From Lysobacterales bacterium (lineage in GTDB: Bacteria; Pseudomonadota; Gammaproteobacteria; Xanthomonadales; Rhodanobacteraceae): DNA of 56,588 bases. A model generated the notes under the pieces. That model was not told where the DNA came from. It ran no database searches and saw only the letters and a program-made list of their open reading frames with translations. This document shows, in pieces, positions 28,272 to 37,063 of this stretch. The stretch covers positions 1 to 56,588 of the forward strand of contig JBBQTY010000001.1 of NCBI GenBank assembly GCA_038234445.1, in the 5' to 3' direction. Positions within the stretch are counted from its first letter, which is position 1, and every line of letters starts with the position of its first letter. The position numbers and the translations under genes are program-made.

Positions 28272-29419
28272 TGCGCGTCATCTTCAATGTCGACGCGATC
28301 AGTGCGCCGCTTACTGGAATCGGCCGTTATGCCCTCGAACTCGCCAAGGGTCTGGCCGAACACGAAGACATCGAGGCGTTGCGCCTGTACTCCGCGGTGC
28401 GCTGGGTGAAGGACCCGGCGGATGCGTTGTCGTCCAACCGCATCTTCGCCAGCTTGCGCACCAACCTGCCGTTCAAGACGCGTGCGCTCGAAACCTATGC
28501 CACGCTGCGCAATGTGTTGTTTCGCGCACACACGAGAAAACTGCAGGATTACCTTCTGCACACACCCAACTACATCCTGATGCCGTTCGATGGACCGACG
28601 GTGACCACCGTGCACGATTTGTCCGCGCTCAATTTTCCGGAAACCCATCCACCGGAACGCGTGCGCTTTCTCGACAAGCATTTACCGAGGACGCTTGAGC
28701 GCGCCGATCGTGTTTTGGCGGACTCTCAATTCATCGCCGATGAAATCCACGAGAAGCTTGGCGTGCCGCGCGACAAGCTTCGTGTTGTCGCGCTCGGTGT
28801 CGATCCGATCTACCACCCTCGCGATGCCGACACGCTGGCTGAGGCGATGACGCGACATGGCCTGGTGGCGGGCAACTATCTGCTGGTAGTCGCGACTCAG
28901 GAACCGCGCAAGAATCTGATTCGGCTCGCGCATGCCTATGCGGCATTGCCTGCGCGCTTGCGCGAACGCTGTCCGCTGATCATCGTCGGCGCGCGCGGCT
29001 GGTTGAATGCCGATCTCGAACGCGCGCTCGCGCCCTTGGAAGCGGCGGGATCAAGCCGTCGTCTGGGCTACGTCAGCGAGGCCGATTTGCCGCTGGTCTA
29101 CGCGGGTGCGAAAGCCTTCGCGTTCCCCTCACTCTACGAAGGCTTTGGCCTGCCCGTGCTGGAGGCAATGGCCAGTGGCGTGCCGGTATTGACCTCCAAT
29201 GTTTCCTCGTTGCCGGAGGTCTGTGCAGGTATCGCGCTGTGTGTTGATCCGCGCGATGACGGCGCTTTGCGCGAGGGCCTCGTTCAATTGCTGGAAGACG
29301 AGGCATGGCGTGCGCGCATCGCCAGTGACGGTGTCGCGCATGCCGCGAACTATCCGTGGTCACGCTGCGTCGACGAGACCGTTTCGGTGTATCGGGAAAT
29401 TGCCTCGAACGCGGGCTAG
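28271..29419 (+). CDS. Glycosyltransferase family 4 (GT-B; mannosyl/rhamnosyltransferase-like)
   Basis: LTGIGRY, TVHDLS, EPRKNL, FPSLYEGFGLPVLEAMASGVPV. Confidence 0.92.
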   Translation: MRVIFNVDAISAPLTGIGRYALELAKGLAEHEDIEALRLYSAVRWVKDPADALSSNRIFASLRTNLPFKTRALETYATLRNVLFRAHTRKLQDYLLHTPNYILMPFDGPTVTTVHDLSALNFPETHPPERVRFLDKHLPRTLERADRVLADSQFIADEIHEKLGVPRDKLRVVALGVDPIYHPRDADTLAEAMTRHGLVAGNYLLVVATQEPRKNLIRLAHAYAALPARLRERCPLIIVGARGWLNADLERALAPLEAAGSSRRLGYVSEADLPLVYAGAKAFAFPSLYEGFGLPVLEAMASGVPVLTSNVSSLPEVCAGIALCVDPRDDGALREGLVQLLEDEAWRARIASDGVAHAANYPWSRCVDETVSVYREIASNAG

Positions 29420-29524
29420 TCCAAATCGTATCCGCGCGCCGTGAGGGGCGCACGGACACCAAGCTAGTGGTTCCGGCCTGAATCGTCGCCACAAGATTGA
29501 CTTGCGTGACGATCGCCGGCTTTC

Positions 29525-29569
29525 AGCCAACGACGTCCGCCATCTCGGACGCCGTTGGCTCTTTTCTTG
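29525..29569 (+). terminator. Intrinsic terminator-like hairpin between convergent GT4 and protease genes
   Basis: AGCCAACGACGTCCG-ccatct-CGGACGCCGTTGGCT followed by CTTTTCTT. Confidence 0.6.
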
Positions 29570-29578
29570 CCTCCGGGA

Positions 29579-32362
29579 TTATTGGACTACAGGATCAAAG
29601 CCGTCAGCGAAAATAGAGTCGCTCGGTCCCTGACACGAATAGACATTGATGTCATCGACGTACCAGCCTTCGCGACTCGCTGATGTGTCGGTGCCAAGCC
29701 GAAAGCGGAATTGGACGTTCTGACCCGCATAGTTGGTGACATCGACGCGCACCGGACCCGCAGTGAAATCGCGTGTTCCGCACCACGCATTCTGGCCCTG
29801 CAGCGGATTCTGGAAACTCGTGCTGACAAGACCCGTATAACTACCACCCGCAAAGATCGCCGCACCAGGAACCTGGGTAAAGGCGCCACCGTTGCTCGAC
29901 ACTTCGAGGCTGCCACCGTCATAGCAGCCGCCACTGCTGGCCTCCATATCGCGCCAGCTCTGGAATTCCAGAGTTACTGGATTCTGGTTGCTCGGGATCG
30001 CGATGATCGGCGAGATCAGGCGCTGGTCGGAGACCGTCGCGATATCGTTGGCATACCAGGAGTGGGTTGGAGAATTAGCACGAGTGGCACTGACCGTCCA
30101 TGTGCTCAGACCGGTGCTGCCGGTCGTTGTCCAGCCATTCGCGCCCAATTCGACGTTGTCGTTGAAGACTGTTGTTTGTACGGCAGTGTCTTCGCAATCA
30201 CCGGGTGCGCTCAGAGTTCGGAACTGGAAAATCGGCGATGCCGCTGCGCTGCCACAGCCGTTTTGCGCGGTGACGCGCCAGAAAAACGTCGTTGACGATG
30301 CAAGTTGCGGGGTCACCGTAACCGAGGTTGCATTGCCCACCGTCTGCGAGAACACGATGTTGGCAAATCCGGCATCCGTTGCAATTTCGACGAGATAGCT
30401 TTGTGGGCCTGCGCCAGGGGCTGGAGTCCAACTGAGGACAGGAGAATATCCGACAGCCGTCGCACTGTTCGCAGGAGAGAGCAAGGTAACTGCGCCCGGT
30501 GCGACATCGTTGAGTGAAAACGGCAAGGATTTGGAGACGGAATCGGCACCGCTCGTACCGACAATCGACAACGTATACGTACCTGCTGTGGCCGAACCCA
30601 ATGAACCGACGGTCAGCGTCGACATACCCGGCGGAGTAACACTCGCCGGACTGAAGCCTGACGAACTGCCGCTTGGCGTACCGGTCACGCTTAAGGCCAC
30701 TGCATTGGTGAAACCGGGATCCGCGGTCACATTGACCGTTATCGGCACACTGCCAGCGCTGGCACAGACCGCGACGGCAGCGGGTGAAATCGCGAGAGCG
30801 AACGGAGTAGTACCGATGCCATCAATGAATTCCGGCTGCGTGGCGAGTGGGTCGAGATAATCCTTGAGGCGCGTCGTCGGCGTCCCCTGACCTTCCCACG
30901 CGAGTGCAAGTTGACCGTAGAAATCCGAAAGATTTGCACCCGTCGCGCCACAAGACGATGGCCCGCCGCTAAGCACACCGATTAGACGTTGCGCGGAGGT
31001 GAAAAGAGGCGAACCGGAAGATCCCGGCTCGGTAACGCCCGGCGTCAGCGAAGCAGGCTGCGGCGAAGGAATGTTGGGAAGGATCGGTGGGGTCGGATCC
31101 CAAAACGCATGCCAATGCGTGTTGGATCCGTTGGAGATACCTCCGACCACGAAATTCTGGGCCACGAACGTGATGCGTTTCTCGTCGACAGCGGGGTGGT
31201 GGATAGACGCACACAAGCCGGCAGTTGACGTTGGATCCGATGAACTCTGTGAACAGATTGCCGCCGTGGTTCGGCGATCCCAACCTTCCCAATACAAGTT
31301 CCAGGCCGGGTTCGGTGGATCATCCAGTTCGACCAGCGTGTTGTCCGAACATTGCGCAGCCAAGCCAGATGGACATGTCCCGGTCGAAAACGGATTCGGC
31401 GTATTGGCCAGGAAGGTCGCGCCGGAATTGCTCATGTTTGGATTGGGCGGATTGGTCTGCCCGCTGGCAGCACTGCCAGGAGTGCGACAGGTTGGCCACT
31501 CGTAGTTCCAATAGACAACTACACTCGGTGAAGTCGACGTATTCAAACCGCAATGACTGGCGGTGATGAACAGCATGCGGCGATCGTTCGCCGTATTGTT
31601 GATCAAAGATCCGGTGCAATCATCCGAACCGCCAAGGGTGATCGCTCCAACGGCGCGACGCGGCTTGTTCCACGGATCGGATTCGCCGAGACAGGCGACG
31701 TCCATGTTGCAAGTTCCTGAATTGATCTGGTCCGGCGAACAGGTTTTCCCACCCCCTTCGGCAAATCGCGCCTGCGGCTGCAGATAATCTTTCGAACCGC
31801 CACCCAGTCCGCGATAACCCTGATTGATGCGACCCAGCACAAGCTCCACGGCGATCCGTTGATCGGTCGCGACGTCAAGCTCGATGACGACATCGTCTGC
31901 GGCAATGATCGGAGTCCACAATTGATGATGCGGTTCATTCTTGCTTGCGTCATAGGGACCTGCGACCTGCCGATGCTCGGCGTCGTAGATGAACAGTCGC
32001 GCGCTCGAAGGCAAAGTGTACTGAGTAAATCCGAAATTCAGGGATGAGGCTCCGATTGCCTTCACGCGATAGCGCCAGATGCTGCGTTCGCCCTGCTCTT
32101 CCCACGTCCCATTGTGTACTACATCGATAGCTGCATCGCGCGGGATCGCAAATCGATGCGGCTGACCTGCTGCTTCGCGAGAAGCATCTTCAGCCGCAAC
32201 GGCTTCCAGATCGAGCGCCTCGATCGTGCGTGTCTCGACGTTTGCAGCGGAGCTCACGCCTCCAGACCAGCTTGCCGGTTGCGGCGTCGATGTACTCGCC
32301 GCAAATACGTTGACCGCGCTAATGATTACGCATGACGCTATAAAAAAGAACTTTCTGAACAT
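29579..32362 (-). CDS. Lysyl endopeptidase-like (Achromobacter protease I type, S1) secreted serine protease with Ig/FN3-like and MAM-like C-terminal domains, 927 aa
   Basis: ATG 32362 with AAGGAG RBS; signal peptide and pro-region. SGTCNMDVAC, CTGSLINNTANDR, ITASHC (His), SDNTLVEL (Asp), VTEPGSSGSPLF (Ser). Ends DSIFADGFDPVVQ. Confidence 0.9.
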   Translation of the reverse strand: MFRKFFFIASCVIISAVNVFAASTSTPQPASWSGGVSSAANVETRTIEALDLEAVAAEDASREAAGQPHRFAIPRDAAIDVVHNGTWEEQGERSIWRYRVKAIGASSLNFGFTQYTLPSSARLFIYDAEHRQVAGPYDASKNEPHHQLWTPIIAADDVVIELDVATDQRIAVELVLGRINQGYRGLGGGSKDYLQPQARFAEGGGKTCSPDQINSGTCNMDVACLGESDPWNKPRRAVGAITLGGSDDCTGSLINNTANDRRMLFITASHCGLNTSTSPSVVVYWNYEWPTCRTPGSAASGQTNPPNPNMSNSGATFLANTPNPFSTGTCPSGLAAQCSDNTLVELDDPPNPAWNLYWEGWDRRTTAAICSQSSSDPTSTAGLCASIHHPAVDEKRITFVAQNFVVGGISNGSNTHWHAFWDPTPPILPNIPSPQPASLTPGVTEPGSSGSPLFTSAQRLIGVLSGGPSSCGATGANLSDFYGQLALAWEGQGTPTTRLKDYLDPLATQPEFIDGIGTTPFALAISPAAVAVCASAGSVPITVNVTADPGFTNAVALSVTGTPSGSSSGFSPASVTPPGMSTLTVGSLGSATAGTYTLSIVGTSGADSVSKSLPFSLNDVAPGAVTLLSPANSATAVGYSPVLSWTPAPGAGPQSYLVEIATDAGFANIVFSQTVGNATSVTVTPQLASSTTFFWRVTAQNGCGSAAASPIFQFRTLSAPGDCEDTAVQTTVFNDNVELGANGWTTTGSTGLSTWTVSATRANSPTHSWYANDIATVSDQRLISPIIAIPSNQNPVTLEFQSWRDMEASSGGCYDGGSLEVSSNGGAFTQVPGAAIFAGGSYTGLVSTSFQNPLQGQNAWCGTRDFTAGPVRVDVTNYAGQNVQFRFRLGTDTSASREGWYVDDINVYSCQGPSDSIFADGFDPVVQ

Positions 32363-32800
32363 GTCATTCTCCTTGTGCTTGGCCCCTAATTTCCCGAGGC
32401 TACCACTATACGTATCACATTTCCGGAAGCAGTTGATCCATCGTACGTGTAGCTCCATGGGACCCATCGGCTTTCCAGCACGACAAATACTTACGGCCAT
32501 CACCGAGTCATTCGCTCGACGTACGCCTTGGGTTGGAACTCACATTGCGAGCAGGCAATATCTGGCGAATTCAAAGCCTGCCGTCAGCACGACCGTTGCA
32601 AGCCACCTTGGCCCTTCATGGCAGCGCCTGAGCAACGCTTGTCGGGTGAGCTCTAGCTGTCGCGAGATCGAGAAATCATTTCCGCGCCTCACCGGTCCGC
32701 ACGGCATGAAAGTTATCGTCGGCACGCGCGCGTGGCGCTTCCCACTTGTTCGCCGCGCGATCAACCTCCCCTGTCGCTGTAACGGCCGGGATATCGCTGG

Positions 32801-33205
32801 TCTCGAACGCGCGCTCGCGCCCGTCGAAGGGGTGGATCAAGCCGTCGCCTGGGCTACGTCAGCGAGGCCGATCTGCCGCTGATCTACGCGGGTGCGAAAA
32901 CCTTCGCGTTCCCGTCACTCTACGAAGGGTTCGGCCTGCCCGTGCTCGAAGCGATGGTCAGTGGCGTGCCGGTACTGACCTCGAATGTGTCGTCCTTGCC
33001 TGAGGTCTGTGCAGACATCGCCTTGTGCGTTGATCCGCGCGACGACGGCGCTTTGCGCGAGGGCCTCGGTCAATTGCTCGAAGACGAGGCATGGCGAGCG
33101 CGAATCGCCAGTGACGGCATCGCGCATGCCGCAAATTATCCTTGGTCGCGCTGCGTCGACGAGACCGTCTCGGTGTATCGGGAAATCGCCTCGAACGCGG
33201 GCTAG
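32801..33205 (+). pseudogene. Duplicated 3' fragment of the GT4 gene (direct repeat of ~29014-29424)
   Basis: Near-identical DNA to the GT4 3' end, continuing just past the stop (gctagtcca). The last 87 codons differ at 4 residues. 1-bp deletion near 32832; no 5' part. Confidence 0.9.
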
Positions 33206-33442
33206 TCCAGATTGCAATTCCTTCCCGTGATGAGCGGGCGCAATCCCCGGCGCTTCGGCGCTTGGGAAAATATTCGCATCAGGCGATCAAATCCTTGATC
33301 GCCGCACTTAAGCCAGCCGCTTTCGACCGGATGATTTCGGTTGCGCAAAGCTTTGCAAGCATACATCTGGCTGGCACCGATAACCTGCTGATGGGTGGTG
33401 TTCCAGACGGATGGCTGCGGAGAAAGCACTGGGGTTGCCGCG

Positions 33443-33473
33443 AAAAAAAGCCCGGGCATGCCCGGGCTTTTTT
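33443..33473. terminator. Bidirectional intrinsic terminator
   Basis: Palindrome AAAAAAGCCCGGGCATGCCCGGGCTTTTTT about 20 bp after the stop of the 969-aa gene. Confidence 0.88.
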
Positions 33474-33494
33474 GACTTGATGAGAACGCTTCGA

Positions 33495-36404
33495 TTACCG
33501 ATTCGGCGGGTCAAATCCATCGGCGTAGATGAGGTCATTCGAGCCGACGCTGCACACACTCGCGACCCCGGTATTGTTGATGGTCACGCTATCGACATAC
33601 CAGCCGGTTGCCTTGGCTGAAGAGTCGTCACCTTCATTCCAACGGACCTGGAAGGATTGCCCTGCATAGGCTCCCAGATTGACGCTGACCTGGGTCATTG
33701 CACCTACCGTACCGGCGCACCACGCGCGCTTGCCCCCAAGCGGATTCGAGAAGCCGCTATTGATCGTGCCAGTGAATCCTCCAGCCGTGAAGGCCGCATC
33801 CGGCACCACGCCCCAGGTTGCGCCGGCGTCGGTCGAAATTTCCAGCGTACCGGCGTCGTAGCATGTGGACACCGAGCCCTCAAAGGCATACGTGTGGAAG
33901 AAGCTCAGCGTCGTATCCGCCTGTGCCGAAAGGACTGGCGAAGTCAGCACGCGGCTCGAGACGGAGGTCTGTTCAGCGGAGAACCACGAGTGGGTTGGGG
34001 TCTGGCTCTGCGCCGTTGACCATGCCCAGTCAGTTGCTCCAACCAATGCACTGTGCGTCCAGCCCGTGGTATCAAAGCCGCTGGCGGCCTCAAACGTCTC
34101 GACCAGATTGCCGGCAGCGATCGGACCGGCCGGCGTCGCACTCTTCTGCACCGTATTAGCGTCGACGCTGCCATTTGAGGCGTCGACCGCGCGGACGATG
34201 TAATAGTACTGGGTGCCACTGCTCAGCTGGTCGAAGTCGACATACGACGTGCTCGTCACGCCGCTCGCGATCTGGTTGAGCAAGGACGGAGTGAATCCGC
34301 TGGTCGTATCGCGGTAGATGTTGTAGCTGATCGGACCCGCGCATTGCGCGTCAGCGGGCGCCCAGCCGAGGTTGTTCGTACAGGTATCTGTCGAGGCGTT
34401 GCTCGCCGAACCGAGTCCGGCGAAATTGGCGCTCAGGGTGCATTGACCGCTTGCCGTGACTTCGGCGCAACTGCTTTGAGCCGATTCGCAGGATCCTGTC
34501 CCATCCACACCGGATACCTTGTAGGCGTAGGTGGAGCCGCCTGATACCGCATTGTCGACATGCGGGCTTCCCGCCAATCCAGTAGCGATTGAACCGAAGG
34601 TTCCGGGCGTCGCACACGTCCCGTTGGCGCGATAGACGTTGAAGGTGCTCGACGACGGCGTGCCGTCGGCCCAGGTTACCTCGACCTGATTCGGCGCACT
34701 GGCGGTTACCGTTCCGATAATCGGCGCGGCAGGCGCGGTGCAGGCCTGGTCAGTAATTTTAGCCGTCCAGATTTCCTCTGACGCCCCGGCACGGCGATCC
34801 GACCAGGAGGGGAAGAACTTGCCGGCAATACCTGACAACGAGTTGTAGTCGCCGTACTGGTTGCCGTTGTCCGCACCCGCCGAGGTTTCGTCGGTTTGTG
34901 CCGTGGTCACCTGCACGGCAGGCAACCAGGTGCCGCCGTCGTCGAACGAAGACTGATAGTAGATGTGGGTCTTCAAGCGACCGGCATCAGCCACAGTGTC
35001 GTAGTAGATGACGCCCAACGCGCCAGTCGCCTCATCAACGACCAGATCCTGATTGAACTGATCATTCAATGAAGCCTGATTGTTCAACATGACCTTGGCT
35101 GACCAGGTCGCGCCACCATCGCTGGAACGGGAGAACCAGATACGCGTCTTGCAGGTCGAGGCCGCGTTGCCGGCCGGCTCGTTGGCTGCGGCGGTGCACC
35201 CGACTTCTCCGGAGAGATCGGTCCACGACGCATAAACCATGTCCTTGCTGGCGGAGCGGAATGTACCGCCGGAGACGTAGACCAGAGCACGGCGCGAGTT
35301 CATCGAAGGAATGCCAATATCGAAACCGTCGAAGGTCGTCGCGATCTGCACCGGTGTTCCCCAGGCAACGCCGCAATTGGTGCTCTTGGTCACGAACACC
35401 TTGCGGTTAGTCGTCGTTGGCCAGAAACCGAATGCATCGCCAGCCGAGTTGGCGGCGATGTCGCTACCAATGGCCGTGCCGCTCGATTCGGCACCACTCA
35501 CCTGGATCGGCGCGCCCCAGAGATTGGTCGTCGCATTGCGGGTAGTGATGCTCGCAGGCGCACCGTTGTGGTAAATAATGTACTGGAAATCCTTGCAGCT
35601 TGACGTCGCACTGTGGTCAACCCAGTGCATCTGCTTGTCGACATTGGTCTGGCCTGCAGACGGCGTCGCCTCAAGGGTCCACGTGGCTCCGTTGTCCGAG
35701 GACTTGTAGGTCCGCAACTTGAGCACGCCACCGTTGATACCGAGGGTACTCGACCAGGCCGTTCCATCCGAGGTCCATTCAACCGTCGGATCAGACTGGA
35801 AGGAATCTCCCGATGCAAGCGAAAGCGTGGTCTGGCCCCAGGTCGTGCCACCATCGGTGGAGTAGAACTGGGCCTGCATACCGGCACCAGAAATATTGTT
35901 TGATGCAGAAATGATCTTCTGTGGATCCCAGTAGTTGACGCGAATGTCCGACTCGCTGCGCGGTGAGGTCTGCGCCCCTGAAATGCGCGCTTCACCGCTG
36001 AGGATGGGTGCATCCGGATCGGGATTGCCCGCAGGGAATTGATCGTTTCCGGGAACGCCTGGCTTCAGGTCCTGATGACTCAGCATCCACTCGTGCACTT
36101 CACGCAGTACCAGCGGATAGCCGCCCGTCGGATCCGCCGGCGTGTAGTTGCCCTTCGGGTGCTCTTTCTTCCAGAACACTTTTAGCCAAGGCGGCAATTC
36201 CGGGCGCGTGGTGGTCAGTTCGTCCGGATGGAGCAGGTCGAAATCTTGATTGGCCCGGACCAACTGCGCCAGCGCGCTATCGGGTCGAATGTTGTCGACA
36301 GCCAGTTGCTGCGCCACACTCGGCGGCGCAGTGGCAGCGGTTGCGTTGCCAACGAGCGCGAGCAAGCTCAGCGCCAAGGCAAATTTCGGTGTATTAATTT
36401 TCAA
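33495..36404 (-). CDS. Secreted BNR/Asp-box beta-propeller (sialidase-like fold) protein with two FN3-like domains and a MAM-like domain
   Basis: TTG start; signal peptide ending ATA. Asp boxes STDGGTTW, SSDNGATW, SSDGGATW, SFDDGGTW; NQYGDY; FN3 motifs (FNVYR, YNIYR, YYYIVRAVD). Ends DLIYADGFDPPNR. Confidence 0.85.
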   Translation of the reverse strand: MKINTPKFALALSLLALVGNATAATAPPSVAQQLAVDNIRPDSALAQLVRANQDFDLLHPDELTTTRPELPPWLKVFWKKEHPKGNYTPADPTGGYPLVLREVHEWMLSHQDLKPGVPGNDQFPAGNPDPDAPILSGEARISGAQTSPRSESDIRVNYWDPQKIISASNNISGAGMQAQFYSTDGGTTWGQTTLSLASGDSFQSDPTVEWTSDGTAWSSTLGINGGVLKLRTYKSSDNGATWTLEATPSAGQTNVDKQMHWVDHSATSSCKDFQYIIYHNGAPASITTRNATTNLWGAPIQVSGAESSGTAIGSDIAANSAGDAFGFWPTTTNRKVFVTKSTNCGVAWGTPVQIATTFDGFDIGIPSMNSRRALVYVSGGTFRSASKDMVYASWTDLSGEVGCTAAANEPAGNAASTCKTRIWFSRSSDGGATWSAKVMLNNQASLNDQFNQDLVVDEATGALGVIYYDTVADAGRLKTHIYYQSSFDDGGTWLPAVQVTTAQTDETSAGADNGNQYGDYNSLSGIAGKFFPSWSDRRAGASEEIWTAKITDQACTAPAAPIIGTVTASAPNQVEVTWADGTPSSSTFNVYRANGTCATPGTFGSIATGLAGSPHVDNAVSGGSTYAYKVSGVDGTGSCESAQSSCAEVTASGQCTLSANFAGLGSASNASTDTCTNNLGWAPADAQCAGPISYNIYRDTTSGFTPSLLNQIASGVTSTSYVDFDQLSSGTQYYYIVRAVDASNGSVDANTVQKSATPAGPIAAGNLVETFEAASGFDTTGWTHSALVGATDWAWSTAQSQTPTHSWFSAEQTSVSSRVLTSPVLSAQADTTLSFFHTYAFEGSVSTCYDAGTLEISTDAGATWGVVPDAAFTAGGFTGTINSGFSNPLGGKRAWCAGTVGAMTQVSVNLGAYAGQSFQVRWNEGDDSSAKATGWYVDSVTINNTGVASVCSVGSNDLIYADGFDPPNR

Positions 36405-37063
36405 AGGTCGTTCCCCAATTTCAGAATAGCCGGTCGGTCCGAAGGCGGATCAGGCCTAGATCCCGCGCCAGATAGTAGTTCAACCCGGGTACCGATTCCA
36501 TTCATTGTTGTTGCTGTTAAGCCCCGGGCCGATTGTTGCCGGGAAACTGGACGCCACGATCCAGGCGGAAAGCCATCCTCGCCGTCCTCGCGTCAGCGCA
36601 CTGTCGCAGTGAAATCTTGCGCGTCGATAACGCCATCGACCGCCAGTAATGCGGAAAGAGTCACTAAATGCTGTGACTTTTTCTTCCCCTTCTCGCGACC
36701 TCGGGTGAAGCGTTCAATAACGACTGCTTGATGGCAGAATCATTTGGATGCCCAACGGACGAGAATTCATCCGGCGAGCCGCGCTCGCCTTTCACATGCC
36801 TGCCCAGGCTTTCGCTTGTCGCCACACCTTTCGCGATCGATTTTATATCTGATTTAATTACTTAATATCGCGTCGTGTTGGTAAATACCTTCCGGAAAAG
36901 CCGAGAGTTTCAGGAAGTCGGGATTGACAAAGCATTCGGATCGATGCGATCGATTCGGCAAGAATACGCGCACTGATCCAAGCTCAGCGGCCATCGACCT
37001 TCGACGAGGGCTGGACTAGATGCGCAACGGGCGCGGAGCTGCCTCCGCACCCGTCGATTCCAA

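Noticed and set aside
32942-33205. 87-aa ORF as an independent gene
   Set aside because: It is the 3' remnant of the duplicated GT4 with an upstream frameshift.
33495-36404. Calling the BNR protein a true sialidase
   Set aside because: Asp boxes only indicate the fold; no RIP/FRIP motif was seen.
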